Virus record (IMG/VR): IMGVR_UViG_3300032046_000031
Coordinates: 1-57,107 of that record
DNA length: 57,107 bases
Origin: a virus
Lineage: Duplodnaviria; Caudoviricetes
Direction: 5' to 3' (one strand)
A model generated the notes under the pieces. That model ran no database searches. It had not been told where the DNA came from and saw nothing but the letters and a program-made list of their open reading frames with translations. The translations under genes and the position numbers were made by a program. Below, piece after piece: positions 18,178 to 27,891 of this stretch (positions are counted from its first letter, which is position 1; every line of letters starts with the position of its first letter).

Positions 18178-19982
18178 TCGACATCACCAGATTGAAATAT
18201 TTTGATTATTATGCCCCCAACCTACTCAAGATCAAAACTGAGAGAAGGCAGGTCGTCCCTTTCATCTTCAACCCAATCCAACAAAAATTACATAAGGTCT
18301 GGGAGTGGCAACTCCGTACTACAGGGATGGTTAGGATTGACATCCTTAAAGCAAGACGAGAAGGGCTTTCAACTTATGTTGAGGGAAGACTTTTTCATCA
18401 AACAGTTACAATTCCCAATACAGGAGCTTTCATCATCACCCATGATAAACCTTCCCTCTCTAAAATTTTTGACATGAGTAAATTATTCTGGAAAGAACTT
18501 CCTCCTGCCTTTCGCCCGATGAAAAAATATTCAAATAAGACAGAATTAGTTTTCGAGAATCCAAATGAAAAAGCTGGTTTTATTAATCCAGGATTACGAT
18601 CAGCAATTGAAGTATTCTCAGCAAATACTGTTACAGCCTCTCGAAGTGGTGGTTATGCAATTGGACACAATTCTGAAGTTGCATTTTGGGAAAATGCTGA
18701 GATCCTTATTACTTCAACAGTCCCTTCCATTCAAGACCTCCCTGGCACCATTATTGTAAATGAAACGACAGGAAATGGTCGATCTGGTTACTTCTATGAA
18801 CACTGGCAGAAAGCAAAACTCTCCCTTAAATCTCAAAGAAAACTCTCTAAATTTTATCCCATCTTCTTTTCCTGGTTGGAATTTCCTGATTATTTAACTC
18901 CTTTCCAAAATGTTAATGATAGGCTAACCTTCATCGCTACGATGGATGAGGAAGAGAAATACATCCAACAAAAATTCAAAGCAACTCTTGAACAGTTAAA
19001 CTGGAGAAGAGGAAAGATCCTTGATTTTTGTTCAATTGTTGAAACAGATGCTACTGAGAAGTTTCACCAAGAGTACCCTTGTGATGATGAGGAAGCATTC
19101 ATCGCTAAGGGGACTCCTTATTTCTCGAAGAAGAAGCTTTTAGAGCTTAGAAATAGATGTAGTGAACCAAAGGAAAGAGGAGACATTTCTGGGGTAGGGT
19201 TTGTGGAGAATGAAGATGGTCCCCTTTCTATCTGGGAACGTCCAGTAAAGGAGTTTGAATATGTGATTCCAGCAGATGTTGGGGAAGGGTTAGAGGGAGG
19301 AGACCCTTCAACAATTCAAGTCCTTAAAGTCCCAAAAACCAACCCTCTTATTGAACAAGTTGCTGAATGGAAAGGGTGGATCGACCCTGTCCAATTTGGT
19401 GGTAAGTTGGTTGAAATGGCGAAATGGTATAATGATGCAATGATCGTCCCAGAAACAAACAATCATGGTTTTACCACCCTGAATGAGATCAAACAGATTT
19501 ATTGGAACATTTACAGATGGCAATATTTTGACAGATACAAACATTATGAGACTGAAAAGTTAGGATGGCAAACCAGCATTGCAACCAAGCCCCTTTTATG
19601 TAGTTATACAGCCTCATGTCTCAATGCAGACATCCTTATCATTCACTCTCAATCTCTCATCGATGAGATGCTTTCCTTTGTCAGAAACCTTACAAACAGT
19701 GGTGAAGCAGATTACAACTGTCATGATGACCTGGTGATGGCTTATATGATTGGGGTGTTTACACTGGCACACACCCATCAATCAGGAAGTCTCCTTCAGC
19801 AACTGGGAAAGTTTCAAGAGGAACAGATTCAAGAACTTTCCAGTCAGGAGAATATTGATAAGGTGATTGAGAGGATGAAAAGGAATGATCCAACTAAGAG
19901 GGATATGGATTTAATAAGTGGAAGGGTGTTTGATGATGATGGAATGGTCGAGAGTGGAGATAGAAGTTGGTTGAATTATTAA
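18174..19982 (+). CDS. terL: Terminase large subunit
   Basis: FNPIQ, ILKARREGLST (Walker A), HNSEVAFW (Walker B), ETTGNG, ADVGEG and HDDLVMA nuclease motifs. Confidence 0.95.
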   Translation: MIDITRLKYFDYYAPNLLKIKTERRQVVPFIFNPIQQKLHKVWEWQLRTTGMVRIDILKARREGLSTYVEGRLFHQTVTIPNTGAFIITHDKPSLSKIFDMSKLFWKELPPAFRPMKKYSNKTELVFENPNEKAGFINPGLRSAIEVFSANTVTASRSGGYAIGHNSEVAFWENAEILITSTVPSIQDLPGTIIVNETTGNGRSGYFYEHWQKAKLSLKSQRKLSKFYPIFFSWLEFPDYLTPFQNVNDRLTFIATMDEEEKYIQQKFKATLEQLNWRRGKILDFCSIVETDATEKFHQEYPCDDEEAFIAKGTPYFSKKKLLELRNRCSEPKERGDISGVGFVENEDGPLSIWERPVKEFEYVIPADVGEGLEGGDPSTIQVLKVPKTNPLIEQVAEWKGWIDPVQFGGKLVEMAKWYNDAMIVPETNNHGFTTLNEIKQIYWNIYRWQYFDRYKHYETEKLGWQTSIATKPLLCSYTASCLNADILIIHSQSLIDEMLSFVRNLTNSGEADYNCHDDLVMAYMIGVFTLAHTHQSGSLLQQLGKFQEEQIQELSSQENIDKVIERMKRNDPTKRDMDLISGRVFDDDGMVESGDRSWLNY

Positions 19983-19991
19983 AGTTGGAAT

Positions 19992-20016
19992 AGGTCGAAA
20001 AGCGACCTAAACTCAG
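19992..20016. promoter_or_regulatory. Dispersed palindrome copy 4 (AGGTCG-aaaag-CGACCT-AAACTCAG)
   Basis: Intergenic, immediately after terL. Confidence 0.75.
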
Positions 20017-20035
20017 AAAGGAAAGGAGATCGATT

Positions 20036-20587
20036 ATGAAACAGAAAGAAACTATTCTTCCCAGTGAGGTTATTGAAAGCTTAGAGGAGAGAATGCAGGA
20101 GTCATCAAGCTCACCCTCCTCGCAACCACAGACAGCTTCTGGCCCTGAACCCTTTAACCCAATCAATGACTCCTATTCAGGGTCTCTTGATGATGCTGCA
20201 TCTCTCCTCCTTCGTCAGCTTGTCCCATCTGTGAGGGATTATGCTTTTGAACTGGCAGACATCACCCTTAAAATTCCCAGATGGCAGTTGGTGTTGGGAT
20301 CTGTCCTCTCCCAATATAGCAGTGGCAACCTGCAAGCACCTGAGATTGATCCAAGCTGGAGACAGATCGAGGTGGTAAGTGGATCATCAATCTGTGGAAA
20401 AGGTACTCTTGATGGATGTAAAAGACCTTTCACACCTCAGAGATATGGAGAAATGTTTTGTTCTCCTGATTGTGGGAATAAGGCGAGGAAGAGACAGATT
20501 GATGAGATCAATCAGAAGAAGGCTGATGAGCTTAAGTTAAGAAGAAGGATTGAAGCAATAGAAAAAGGAGAGACTGTTACAGCATGA
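20036..20587 (+). CDS. Hypothetical protein with a C-terminal zinc finger (FCSPDCGN)
   Basis: ICG...GCKRPF...FCSPDCGNKARKR. Confidence 0.65.
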   Translation: MKQKETILPSEVIESLEERMQESSSSPSSQPQTASGPEPFNPINDSYSGSLDDAASLLLRQLVPSVRDYAFELADITLKIPRWQLVLGSVLSQYSSGNLQAPEIDPSWRQIEVVSGSSICGKGTLDGCKRPFTPQRYGEMFCSPDCGNKARKRQIDEINQKKADELKLRRRIEAIEKGETVTA

Positions 20588-20925
20588 TGACTTTTCTCTT
20601 ATTCCTTTCTCTTTATTCAGCTATCCTTTCCACCATCTTATTCATTCGATGGATGAGATTGCTGATTATAAGAGGAAAGATTAGGAAACAACTTAGAATT
20701 CCTGATCTTCTTCCTCAAAATCCAAATCTTACTCATAATACTCTTCTTACCCCATTTGGGCAAGCAATCAAGGATATTGAAGAGGAGTTAGATGGTGAGG
20801 TGGTGAGGGGATTTGAGATTGAGATGGAGAGAGAGGAAGGAGAAGGGATTGAAGAAACTGTTGAGGAAAGAGAATGGCAGGAAGAAGAAAAGATCCGACA
20901 GCAGAGGAAGGGAAGAGGTAAGTAA
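20584..20925 (+). CDS. Hypothetical membrane-anchored protein
   Basis: N-terminal hydrophobic helix; overlaps both neighbours. Confidence 0.6.
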   Translation: MMTFLLFLSLYSAILSTILFIRWMRLLIIRGKIRKQLRIPDLLPQNPNLTHNTLLTPFGQAIKDIEEELDGEVVRGFEIEMEREEGEGIEETVEEREWQEEEKIRQQRKGRGK

Positions 20926-23756
20926 TGGCTCTATCTGAACAAGAGACTAAACTCAGTCGCTACCTTGACTCTCTCTATGTAGAAGGAGCAGCAAGCAGAG
21001 CTGTTGCCAGTAAGAACTGGGAGAATGCAATCAAGGTGATCAAAGGAGAGACCTGGCCAAGTAAGAGACCAAAGTATAAGATCAGTGCTGTTATGAACTT
21101 CCTTGGACAGATTGTAGAAAGGAAAGCAGCTCTCCTTACAGATAGCAGACCAACCATCTCTGTCACTTCTCGTAAGGCTAAGGATGACCCCATCTGTGAC
21201 CTTCTTCAAAAGACGATTGGAGGTATCCTTGAGGAGAAGAACTTTGAGCAAAAGATCACCGAGTTTGTCATGCTTGAGGAATACTTTGGGTTCGCCCTTT
21301 TTAATACTTGCTTTGATCAGAACCTTGATTATGGAAAAGGGGATATTGATTTGGTGGTGATCGATCCTCGTTGCTTCATCTTCGATCCCTTTGTCACGAG
21401 AAGCTGGAACCTTCAGCACGGAGAATATTGTTGTTTAGAGACGGTAAGGCCGACAGAGCTTCTCTGTGAAACTTACAAAGAGAGAAGGGATGATATCAAA
21501 GCAGACATCTCAACAGGCACAACAAAACCCGACTCTCTTGTGCATAAGCTTAGACAACTCTTCCAATTTGATAAGGATTCTCCCAATCAGAAAACTTCTG
21601 TAATCCCACGCTCAATCGTAAGGGATTGGTGGGTGAGAGATCGTACTACAAAGAAGGGTGAAGGATTAGCCTTCCCAAATTGGAGACATATCCTCATCGC
21701 TGGCGGTGTTCCTGTTGCTGATGGAGTCAACCCTTATCTCGATGGCAACCTCCCCTTCGATGGAATGGAATGGGGATTTAATGTTGATTCAGCATATGGA
21801 ACAAATGAGATTGATCAGCTTGAAAATCCTCAGGTTATGTTCAACAAGGTGCTGGCTTCGATCCTTGAGAATGCCATCCTGATGAGTAATGGGATTTGGA
21901 TTGGAGATAGGGATGCTCTTACAGAAGAAGGTTGGAGGAAGCTGAGTAATGAACCTGGAAGTCATGTAAGGGTGAGACCAGGTAAGCAGTTGAGAAGAGA
22001 TGCTCCTCCTTCACTTCCTACTTACATCATGTCAGCTGCAGAGATGATGATCAATGGATTGGAGAAACTCTCAGGAATTACGGAGGTGACAGAGGGGAGA
22101 CGACCTGGGCAGGTTTGTGTTGATCCGCAGACGGAATGTCTGACAAAGAGAGGCTGGAAAAAGTATAATGAACTTTTAGAAAAAGATGAAATCTATTGCT
22201 TTGATCAAAGAACAGAAGTTGGAATGTGGTCTCCTTTGATTGGCCTGGCTATTTATGACTGGGATGATGAGATGTATTCTGTTAAAACGGACAGGATGGA
22301 TTGCCTTGTCACTCCTAATCATGGATGGTGTGTTGGAAATACTTCTGTTCCAGGGTATGTCCGTGTGGAGATGAAAGATATTCATACAGGTCATTTTATT
22401 CCAAATAAAGTAAGGTTAGTAGATGATGCTGTCCTTCCAAAACTCCATGATGCCTTTGTTGAGTTAGTTGGGTGGATTGTTACAGAAGGTTGTTTCAATA
22501 TTGGAATAAGAAAAGAAAATGGAAAGTTAAGATATCGAGTTATTATTTCACAATCGAGAAAGAGCAATGAGGATAATTGTAAACGTATTTATAGGTGTTT
22601 AAAACAGGCGCCATTTAATTTTTCTATGTATGAGGATAAGCGAGGGAGTGGTGTTATTGACTTTACTATCCACGGTGAACCTGCAAGGTTATTGATGGAA
22701 TGGCTTCCTGAAAAAAAATTAACTTATAATCTCATCAATCTCCTCTCAGTCTCTCAACTTGAACTTCTCTATGATACTATGTTGAGAGGTGATGGTTCTC
22801 GGTTTGATCCAACCAATGTAAAGTCTCAGGATATTTATTTTTCTTCGGATGTGGAATTAAGTAATCAGTTTCAGATGATAGCTACATTACTTGGTAAGGC
22901 TACAAATCAGAGAGAAGGAAAGGCTGATCTACGAGTGGAATCTCATAAGAAATCTTACTATGGCATTATTAATAAAGTAAGTTGTCGAAGAGAAGATCAA
23001 AATAAATGGCGGACTCTTTTAAAACACCGAGAGATACAACACTATCAAGGAAAGGTTTGGTGCCCTCAAACCTTAACTGGGACATGGATTGCAAGAAGAA
23101 ATGGTATCACCTACCTCACTGGAAATACCTCAGGTGTTGCCATTGAGAGCCTTGCGATCATGGCCCAGACCACTATTAGGTTGAAAGCAAGACAGATTGA
23201 ATCCCTCATTCAAAGGATTGGTCAGAAACTCATTCCTCGCATCTTTGCTTATTATACTGAAAATAGAATATTCAATCTGGTTGGGGAAAAGGGAGGATTT
23301 CAACAATATATTTTTGATAGAGAGGTAATTAGGCAGGCAGTTAAAGCTGATAGTCGAGGATTGGGAATATTTCAAGATTATCAGTTTAGGGTTGTCCCTG
23401 CCTCCTCCCTTGCAATGACCAAATGGCAGAAAGGGTTGATTGCAACTCAGCTATTCCAGATGGGAGCGATTGATCAAGAAGCCCTTCTCGAGGCAATTGA
23501 ATTTCAACAGAGAGAGGAGATTATGGAGAGGATGGAATCTAAGAGCCAGATGATCCCAATGGAGGCAATTGTAGCAGCCCTTCAGGGTGACCCAAACAGT
23601 CAAAATGTCATGCAGCGAATTGCTCAGGTGATGCAGAAGCTTCAAGGGAAGGGAAAGCAAGGTGGTGGTAAGGGAGCACCAGCAAAGCTTCCTTCAAACT
23701 TACTCAGAGGGGTTCACAGGGAAACTGGGCTCCAAGAACCTCAGATTGGGAAATAG
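20925..23756 (+). CDS. Portal protein containing an intein
   Basis: Position after terL; VIDPRCFIFDP, LSGITEVTEGRRP and TSGVAIESL...IRLKAR portal-like segments. Confidence 0.85.
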   Translation: MALSEQETKLSRYLDSLYVEGAASRAVASKNWENAIKVIKGETWPSKRPKYKISAVMNFLGQIVERKAALLTDSRPTISVTSRKAKDDPICDLLQKTIGGILEEKNFEQKITEFVMLEEYFGFALFNTCFDQNLDYGKGDIDLVVIDPRCFIFDPFVTRSWNLQHGEYCCLETVRPTELLCETYKERRDDIKADISTGTTKPDSLVHKLRQLFQFDKDSPNQKTSVIPRSIVRDWWVRDRTTKKGEGLAFPNWRHILIAGGVPVADGVNPYLDGNLPFDGMEWGFNVDSAYGTNEIDQLENPQVMFNKVLASILENAILMSNGIWIGDRDALTEEGWRKLSNEPGSHVRVRPGKQLRRDAPPSLPTYIMSAAEMMINGLEKLSGITEVTEGRRPGQVCVDPQTECLTKRGWKKYNELLEKDEIYCFDQRTEVGMWSPLIGLAIYDWDDEMYSVKTDRMDCLVTPNHGWCVGNTSVPGYVRVEMKDIHTGHFIPNKVRLVDDAVLPKLHDAFVELVGWIVTEGCFNIGIRKENGKLRYRVIISQSRKSNEDNCKRIYRCLKQAPFNFSMYEDKRGSGVIDFTIHGEPARLLMEWLPEKKLTYNLINLLSVSQLELLYDTMLRGDGSRFDPTNVKSQDIYFSSDVELSNQFQMIATLLGKATNQREGKADLRVESHKKSYYGIINKVSCRREDQNKWRTLLKHREIQHYQGKVWCPQTLTGTWIARRNGITYLTGNTSGVAIESLAIMAQTTIRLKARQIESLIQRIGQKLIPRIFAYYTENRIFNLVGEKGGFQQYIFDREVIRQAVKADSRGLGIFQDYQFRVVPASSLAMTKWQKGLIATQLFQMGAIDQEALLEAIEFQQREEIMERMESKSQMIPMEAIVAALQGDPNSQNVMQRIAQVMQKLQGKGKQGGGKGAPAKLPSNLLRGVHRETGLQEPQIGK
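22116..23126 (+). mobile_element. Intein (337 aa) with a LAGLIDADG endonuclease domain, in the portal
   Basis: Starts CVDPQTECLTKRGW; block B VTPNH; LVGWIVTEG and MLRGDG endonuclease helices; ends KVWCPQTLTGTWIARRNGITYLTGN followed by Thr(+1). Confidence 0.92.
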
Positions 23757-23761
23757 GAGAT

Positions 23762-24019
23762 GTGATGATGAGAAATGGATTTGAGATTAAAATTTCAGAA
23801 TCTGAATTTAAGGCAAAACCTCAAGGGGAACAAAATTGGATTCTTTTTCAAGGTGTGAGTTTGATTCGAGCTTGTGTAAACGACATTGATGAAAAAGGAT
23901 GTGAATATGCGAGGAAGCGGAAAAAAGCTGGCATGTTAAAATTGGCCTCAGCAATTAGTGGTGGTGCTGTATTTGCCCTTGGTGTAATTTATCTTGTGTA
24001 TCAATTAATTTATAAATAG
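23762..24019 (+). CDS. Small membrane protein
   Basis: C-terminal TM segment. Confidence 0.6.
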   Translation: MMMRNGFEIKISESEFKAKPQGEQNWILFQGVSLIRACVNDIDEKGCEYARKRKKAGMLKLASAISGGAVFALGVIYLVYQLIYK

Positions 24020-24043
24020 ATGAAAAGAAGGAGGTGATAAGAG

Positions 24044-24103
24044 ATGCCAAAGAAAGGTGGAAAGACAAGAAAGCCTGGTGGGAAGAAAGGGGTGATTGCC
24101 TAA
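24044..24103 (+). CDS. 19-aa basic peptide MPKKGGKTRKPGGKKGVIA
   Basis: Perfect SD AAGGAGGTGA; fills the intergenic gap. Confidence 0.55.
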   Translation: MPKKGGKTRKPGGKKGVIA

Positions 24104-24114
24104 CTTGATGAAAG

Positions 24115-24585
24115 GTGAAAGATGAAAGCAAAGGAGGTGTAAAAATGCCAAGAGATGAAAGGGGTGAAGGATTGCCTCCTCCTTTGAGAGGAGCAAGAAC
24201 CTCCCCTGATATGCGAGAGGATGCTGGTGGTAGAGGTGGTGGTGGGGCTTATGGTAAGTTAGGGCAACTCGCAGGGATGGGGATGGAATCAGATACTGGA
24301 GGAGAGGAACAAGCAGCTCAGTTGGTAATATCAGCGGCCCAGCAACTCATGCAAGCAGCTCAACTCCATCCACAAATTCGACCCATGATTGAAAGGGCGT
24401 TAGCGGTGTTGAAGAGTGGTGTGGATGAGATGAGCGGAGGTGCAGGAGCAGGTGTTGGGGGAGAGGAAGAGATGGGTGGCTTATCTGAAGAGCCAGAAAA
24501 GAAACCCAAAAAGCGAAAGAGGATGCGACCTCCAACAGCCGAGGCACTAGAAGATGAATCAATGGGAGCAGGAGTGGGTTATTAA
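24115..24585 (+). CDS. Gly-rich low-complexity head-associated protein
   Basis: ORF between portal and scaffold; likely start MPRDE after AAGGAGG. Confidence 0.6.
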   Translation: MKDESKGGVKMPRDERGEGLPPPLRGARTSPDMREDAGGRGGGGAYGKLGQLAGMGMESDTGGEEQAAQLVISAAQQLMQAAQLHPQIRPMIERALAVLKSGVDEMSGGAGAGVGGEEEMGGLSEEPEKKPKKRKRMRPPTAEALEDESMGAGVGY

Positions 24586-24670
24586 GATCACAACTAACCC
24601 TCCCTCTTCTCTAAACCCCAACCCTTACTTAGATACAGAGGGAAAGGCGAGAGGAACAAAGGAGACAACC

Positions 24671-25483
24671 ATGATAAAAGAAAATTTTAATTGGAACCCA
24701 TTTACACTTCTCGGTGAAACGCCATCTGGTCTACGTTTCAAAACCGAGTTTGGCGAGGGCGATCCAGACTTCGCAACCAAGGAAGATCTGGAAATCATCA
24801 ATGCAAACCCACAACTTCTCAAAGCATATAAAGCAGTCATCTCTGGAGCAAACAAAAAGTTCCAGGAACGTGCTGAGAATGAAAAGAAACTCTTGAAAAC
24901 AATCGAATCCCTCCAATCACAAGTTGGTGAATTGGATGGGGGATTGCAGGAGTGGGAGAACATGTACAGCCAGCATAAAGATGCTATTGATGCTGCAGTG
25001 ATCAGCCGAACCAACCCAGACCTAACTAAAGGGAAGGGAAAAGGTGGGGAAGGAGATGAAGGAATGTGGGAGAAAAAATTCAACCAACTTGTTCAAAATA
25101 TCAACCAAGTGGGGACTCAGATTGAGAAGAGACTTATTCATCAAGGAAGAATGCTTTCCCTTTCAATGCAACTGAATGACCTTTATAGGAAGAATCCTCA
25201 AATGGATGGTGAGAAGGTTTTGGACGCTGCTTTGAAGGGTGGAGAGACAGATCTCACTCGTGCTTATAATGATGTCTACCATGATGAGATCCTCAACAAA
25301 GAGGTGGAGACACGACTAACACCAAGATTGGAGGAAGAGCTTCAGAAACGTCAGACTCAAGTTGAAACTGGTTCTGGAGCAACTCCACTCAAATTTGAAA
25401 TCCCAAAAGAGACCCCAAAAACTTGGGTTGATGCTGGACAAGAGTTTCTTAAAGAGAGAGCTGCAGAGGCAGCCAAGCCTTAA
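24671..25483 (+). CDS. Probable capsid scaffolding protein
   Basis: Coiled-coil, charged protein directly upstream of the MCP; start MIKENF after AAGGAG. Confidence 0.7.
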   Translation: MIKENFNWNPFTLLGETPSGLRFKTEFGEGDPDFATKEDLEIINANPQLLKAYKAVISGANKKFQERAENEKKLLKTIESLQSQVGELDGGLQEWENMYSQHKDAIDAAVISRTNPDLTKGKGKGGEGDEGMWEKKFNQLVQNINQVGTQIEKRLIHQGRMLSLSMQLNDLYRKNPQMDGEKVLDAALKGGETDLTRAYNDVYHDEILNKEVETRLTPRLEEELQKRQTQVETGSGATPLKFEIPKETPKTWVDAGQEFLKERAAEAAKP

Positions 25484-25571
25484 CCTTTAACTTTGATGGT
25501 TAATAAAGCAGAGGCATAAACCTTGAAAGCAACCTTTTTAGAAACGAGAACTCTAAGAAGGAGGAAATAAA

Positions 25572-27891
25572 ATGGCTTTAACTTATGATGATTTGGATGC
25601 TGCTGTTAAGAAAAAGTATCTTCCAAAGGCTATTGAGCAGATCTTTATAGGTAATGCTATCTTGACAAAACTCTTAGCCAAGAGTCAAGTTGTCTTTGAT
25701 AGTGGATCAAAGATTGCTCAGCCTGTCATTTATGGAAAGCTGGCAAGCGGTTCTTACTCAGGAATGGATACTTTTGATATTGGTTACAAGAAGATTGCAA
25801 CCTTGGCTGAGTGGAATTGGAAGAACCATCAACTCTTAAATTAGAGGATAGTGGCATGATTGATCTTGACTATGCTTATATTGCTGGATTTTTTGATGGA
25901 GAAGGAAGTATCTTGATTGCTAAGAGTGATCGATCTAAATTCAGACCAAATCCATCTCCTCTGTGGAGTTTAAGGATCACCATTTCAAATCAGCATCTTC
26001 CTGTACTTCAGTTGATGCATCAAGAGTTTGGTGGTGGTATGTATTCACAGACATCTGGAAAGAGTGGTGTTTATAGATTGATCCTTCAGAACAATCAAGC
26101 TGAGAATTTTCTCCGAAAAATTCAGTCTTACGTTAAGGTTAAAAATGATCAAGTAGAGTTGGCTCTTGCTTTTCAGGATCTCCGAAAGGGACGATCCTCA
26201 CGAGTTCGATTAAGTGAAGATGAGAAGACTCTATATGATTCAATCATGTTTGTGATGAGAAACCTTAATCATAAACTCAGTCAAGACTTTCTTGAAAAAC
26301 TGGGTGAATTCAGGGAAGGTCCGACTCATACCGTAAGGATGAAGGATAACCCTGAGCCAAGCTCCTTGAATGGTAAATATGTAGAGGAGAAGGTGCAGAG
26401 ACTAACGCTTGAGGAACCTACCAATAACAGCGACACGAGTGCCCAGCCCGTAAGGGATGAGATAGTCCGACCTTCATAGTAATATGAAGATGCTTTGGAT
26501 AAAGAGCCAAAGCGGTAACAAAGTGTATGTCAATGTCACCATCGCTGGTGACGATCTTGCTAAAACAGAAGGTGATGAGAAGATCATTGGTCTCCTTCAG
26601 GTTAGGATGGAAAATGCTACCCTCACCGCACATGATGACTTCGTGACCATGTTTGTTGGTGATGGGACAGGGAACTCATCTAAGGACTTCGATGGTGCTC
26701 TTAATGGATCTGATGATGGTACCATCTACGATTCCTATGGTGGAATCTCCAGAGCGAGTAATGTCTGGTGGAAGGGTTATGTGAACTCAACAGGTGGAGC
26801 AGCCACCCTTGACCTTATCAACCAAACCATCGGATCGACTACGATTGCTCAGAAGAAATGTGATCTTGCTTTCACCACACAGTCAATCTATGATAAGCTC
26901 TGGGCAAGGGTCCAACCTCAACAGAGATTTCTTGATAGTAAGAGCAAGCTTGCTGAGGTTGGTTTTACAGGGATTAATTTTAATGGTCATATGGAGATCA
27001 TCGTTGATAACCATATCCCTTCAGGTTACATGCTCGGTTTCAATACTGATTACTGGAAGTTGGTTCTCAATAGGAAGAGAAATTTCTATTGGACTGCGGA
27101 GAAGAACCCTGTTGATGCTGATGCCTTAATGAATTAGGGCCATGATGAGGAAACTTATCAATGAATAACACTGCTATATGCGAGGAACTCCTTAAACCTT
27201 CAGATACCCAGAATGGTAAAAATTCTGAAGCTGGGACAATTCGCAGGGAAGATATCCAATTAGAGTTAGATCTTGCTTGGCTTGCAGGTTTAATTGATGG
27301 AGAAGGTTGCTTAACTACTCATTTTTGGAATGATAAGAAAGCTCCTACCAGACCTAAAACTCTTATTTGCTCTTTGGTTGTTTCAAACTCAAATAAATTG
27401 GCTTTGGAAAAAGCACAGCAAATTTACGAATCTATTGGTGTAAAAAGCCATCTTATTATGGGTAAGAGAGAGAACAGAAAGTTCTGGGTTGGTAGTTTAT
27501 CTATCCGAGGGAATTATAATTTATCAACAATTATTCCTCGGTTGCTTCCTTATTTGGTAATAAAGAAGGATCAAGCAATCTCTCTATTGGCGATTGTGTA
27601 TAGAAAAGTAACACTTGGAGAAAAGACGAATGGTAAAAGAGGCTTATCTCTTACCTATGATGAATTTATTCTAACACAAATAAAAAAGCTGCATGAACTA
27701 AAGCAAGAAGGAAGATATGATATCCCCTCAACGACTATACGCAGTGCCCTTTTAGATGTGGAAGGTGATGATATAGTCTGCTCTGCATAGTAATATGCAG
27801 TTAACAAAAGGATGTCAGACAGATGTTAACGATGGGAAATCTCATTTGCATCCAACCAAGAACCAGTTTTATCCTTTCAGGGTTAACATAA
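25572..27891 (+). CDS. Major capsid protein, spliced from 3 exons (25572-25829, 26526-27126, 27812-27891; 312 aa)
   Basis: Joined exons give an uninterrupted frame: ...AEWNWKNH|YVNVTIAGDDL...PVDADA-Y-VRQMLTMGNLICIQPRTSFILSGLT*. Confidence 0.9.
25830..26525 (+). mobile_element. Group I intron 1 in the MCP gene
   Basis: P1 ccaU.Gugg; core AATTCAGGGAA / AACCCTGAGCCAAG / GTGCAGAGACTA / GAGATAGTCC; terminal G. Confidence 0.9.
25856..26479 (+). CDS. Intron-encoded LAGLIDADG homing endonuclease 1
   Basis: YAYIAGFFDGEGSI; ATG 25856 with SD GAGGA. Confidence 0.9.
   Translation: MIDLDYAYIAGFFDGEGSILIAKSDRSKFRPNPSPLWSLRITISNQHLPVLQLMHQEFGGGMYSQTSGKSGVYRLILQNNQAENFLRKIQSYVKVKNDQVELALAFQDLRKGRSSRVRLSEDEKTLYDSIMFVMRNLNHKLSQDFLEKLGEFREGPTHTVRMKDNPEPSSLNGKYVEEKVQRLTLEEPTNNSDTSAQPVRDEIVRPS
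27127..27811 (+). mobile_element. Group I intron 2 in the MCP gene
   Basis: P1 gccU.Gggc; P3 CACTGC/GCAGTG; ATGCGAGGAA / AATTCGCAGGGAAG; TCAACGACTA / GATATAGTCTG; terminal G. Confidence 0.9.
27161..27790 (+). CDS. Intron-encoded LAGLIDADG homing endonuclease 2
   Basis: LAWLAGLIDGEGCL; LLPYLVIKKDQA. Confidence 0.9.
   Translation: MNNTAICEELLKPSDTQNGKNSEAGTIRREDIQLELDLAWLAGLIDGEGCLTTHFWNDKKAPTRPKTLICSLVVSNSNKLALEKAQQIYESIGVKSHLIMGKRENRKFWVGSLSIRGNYNLSTIIPRLLPYLVIKKDQAISLLAIVYRKVTLGEKTNGKRGLSLTYDEFILTQIKKLHELKQEGRYDIPSTTIRSALLDVEGDDIVCSA

Noticed and set aside
25572-27891. Capsid fragments as a pseudogene, frameshifts or stop-codon reassignment
   Set aside because: Group I intron cores and precise splice junctions explain the breaks; TAA, TAG and TGA all end genes normally elsewhere.
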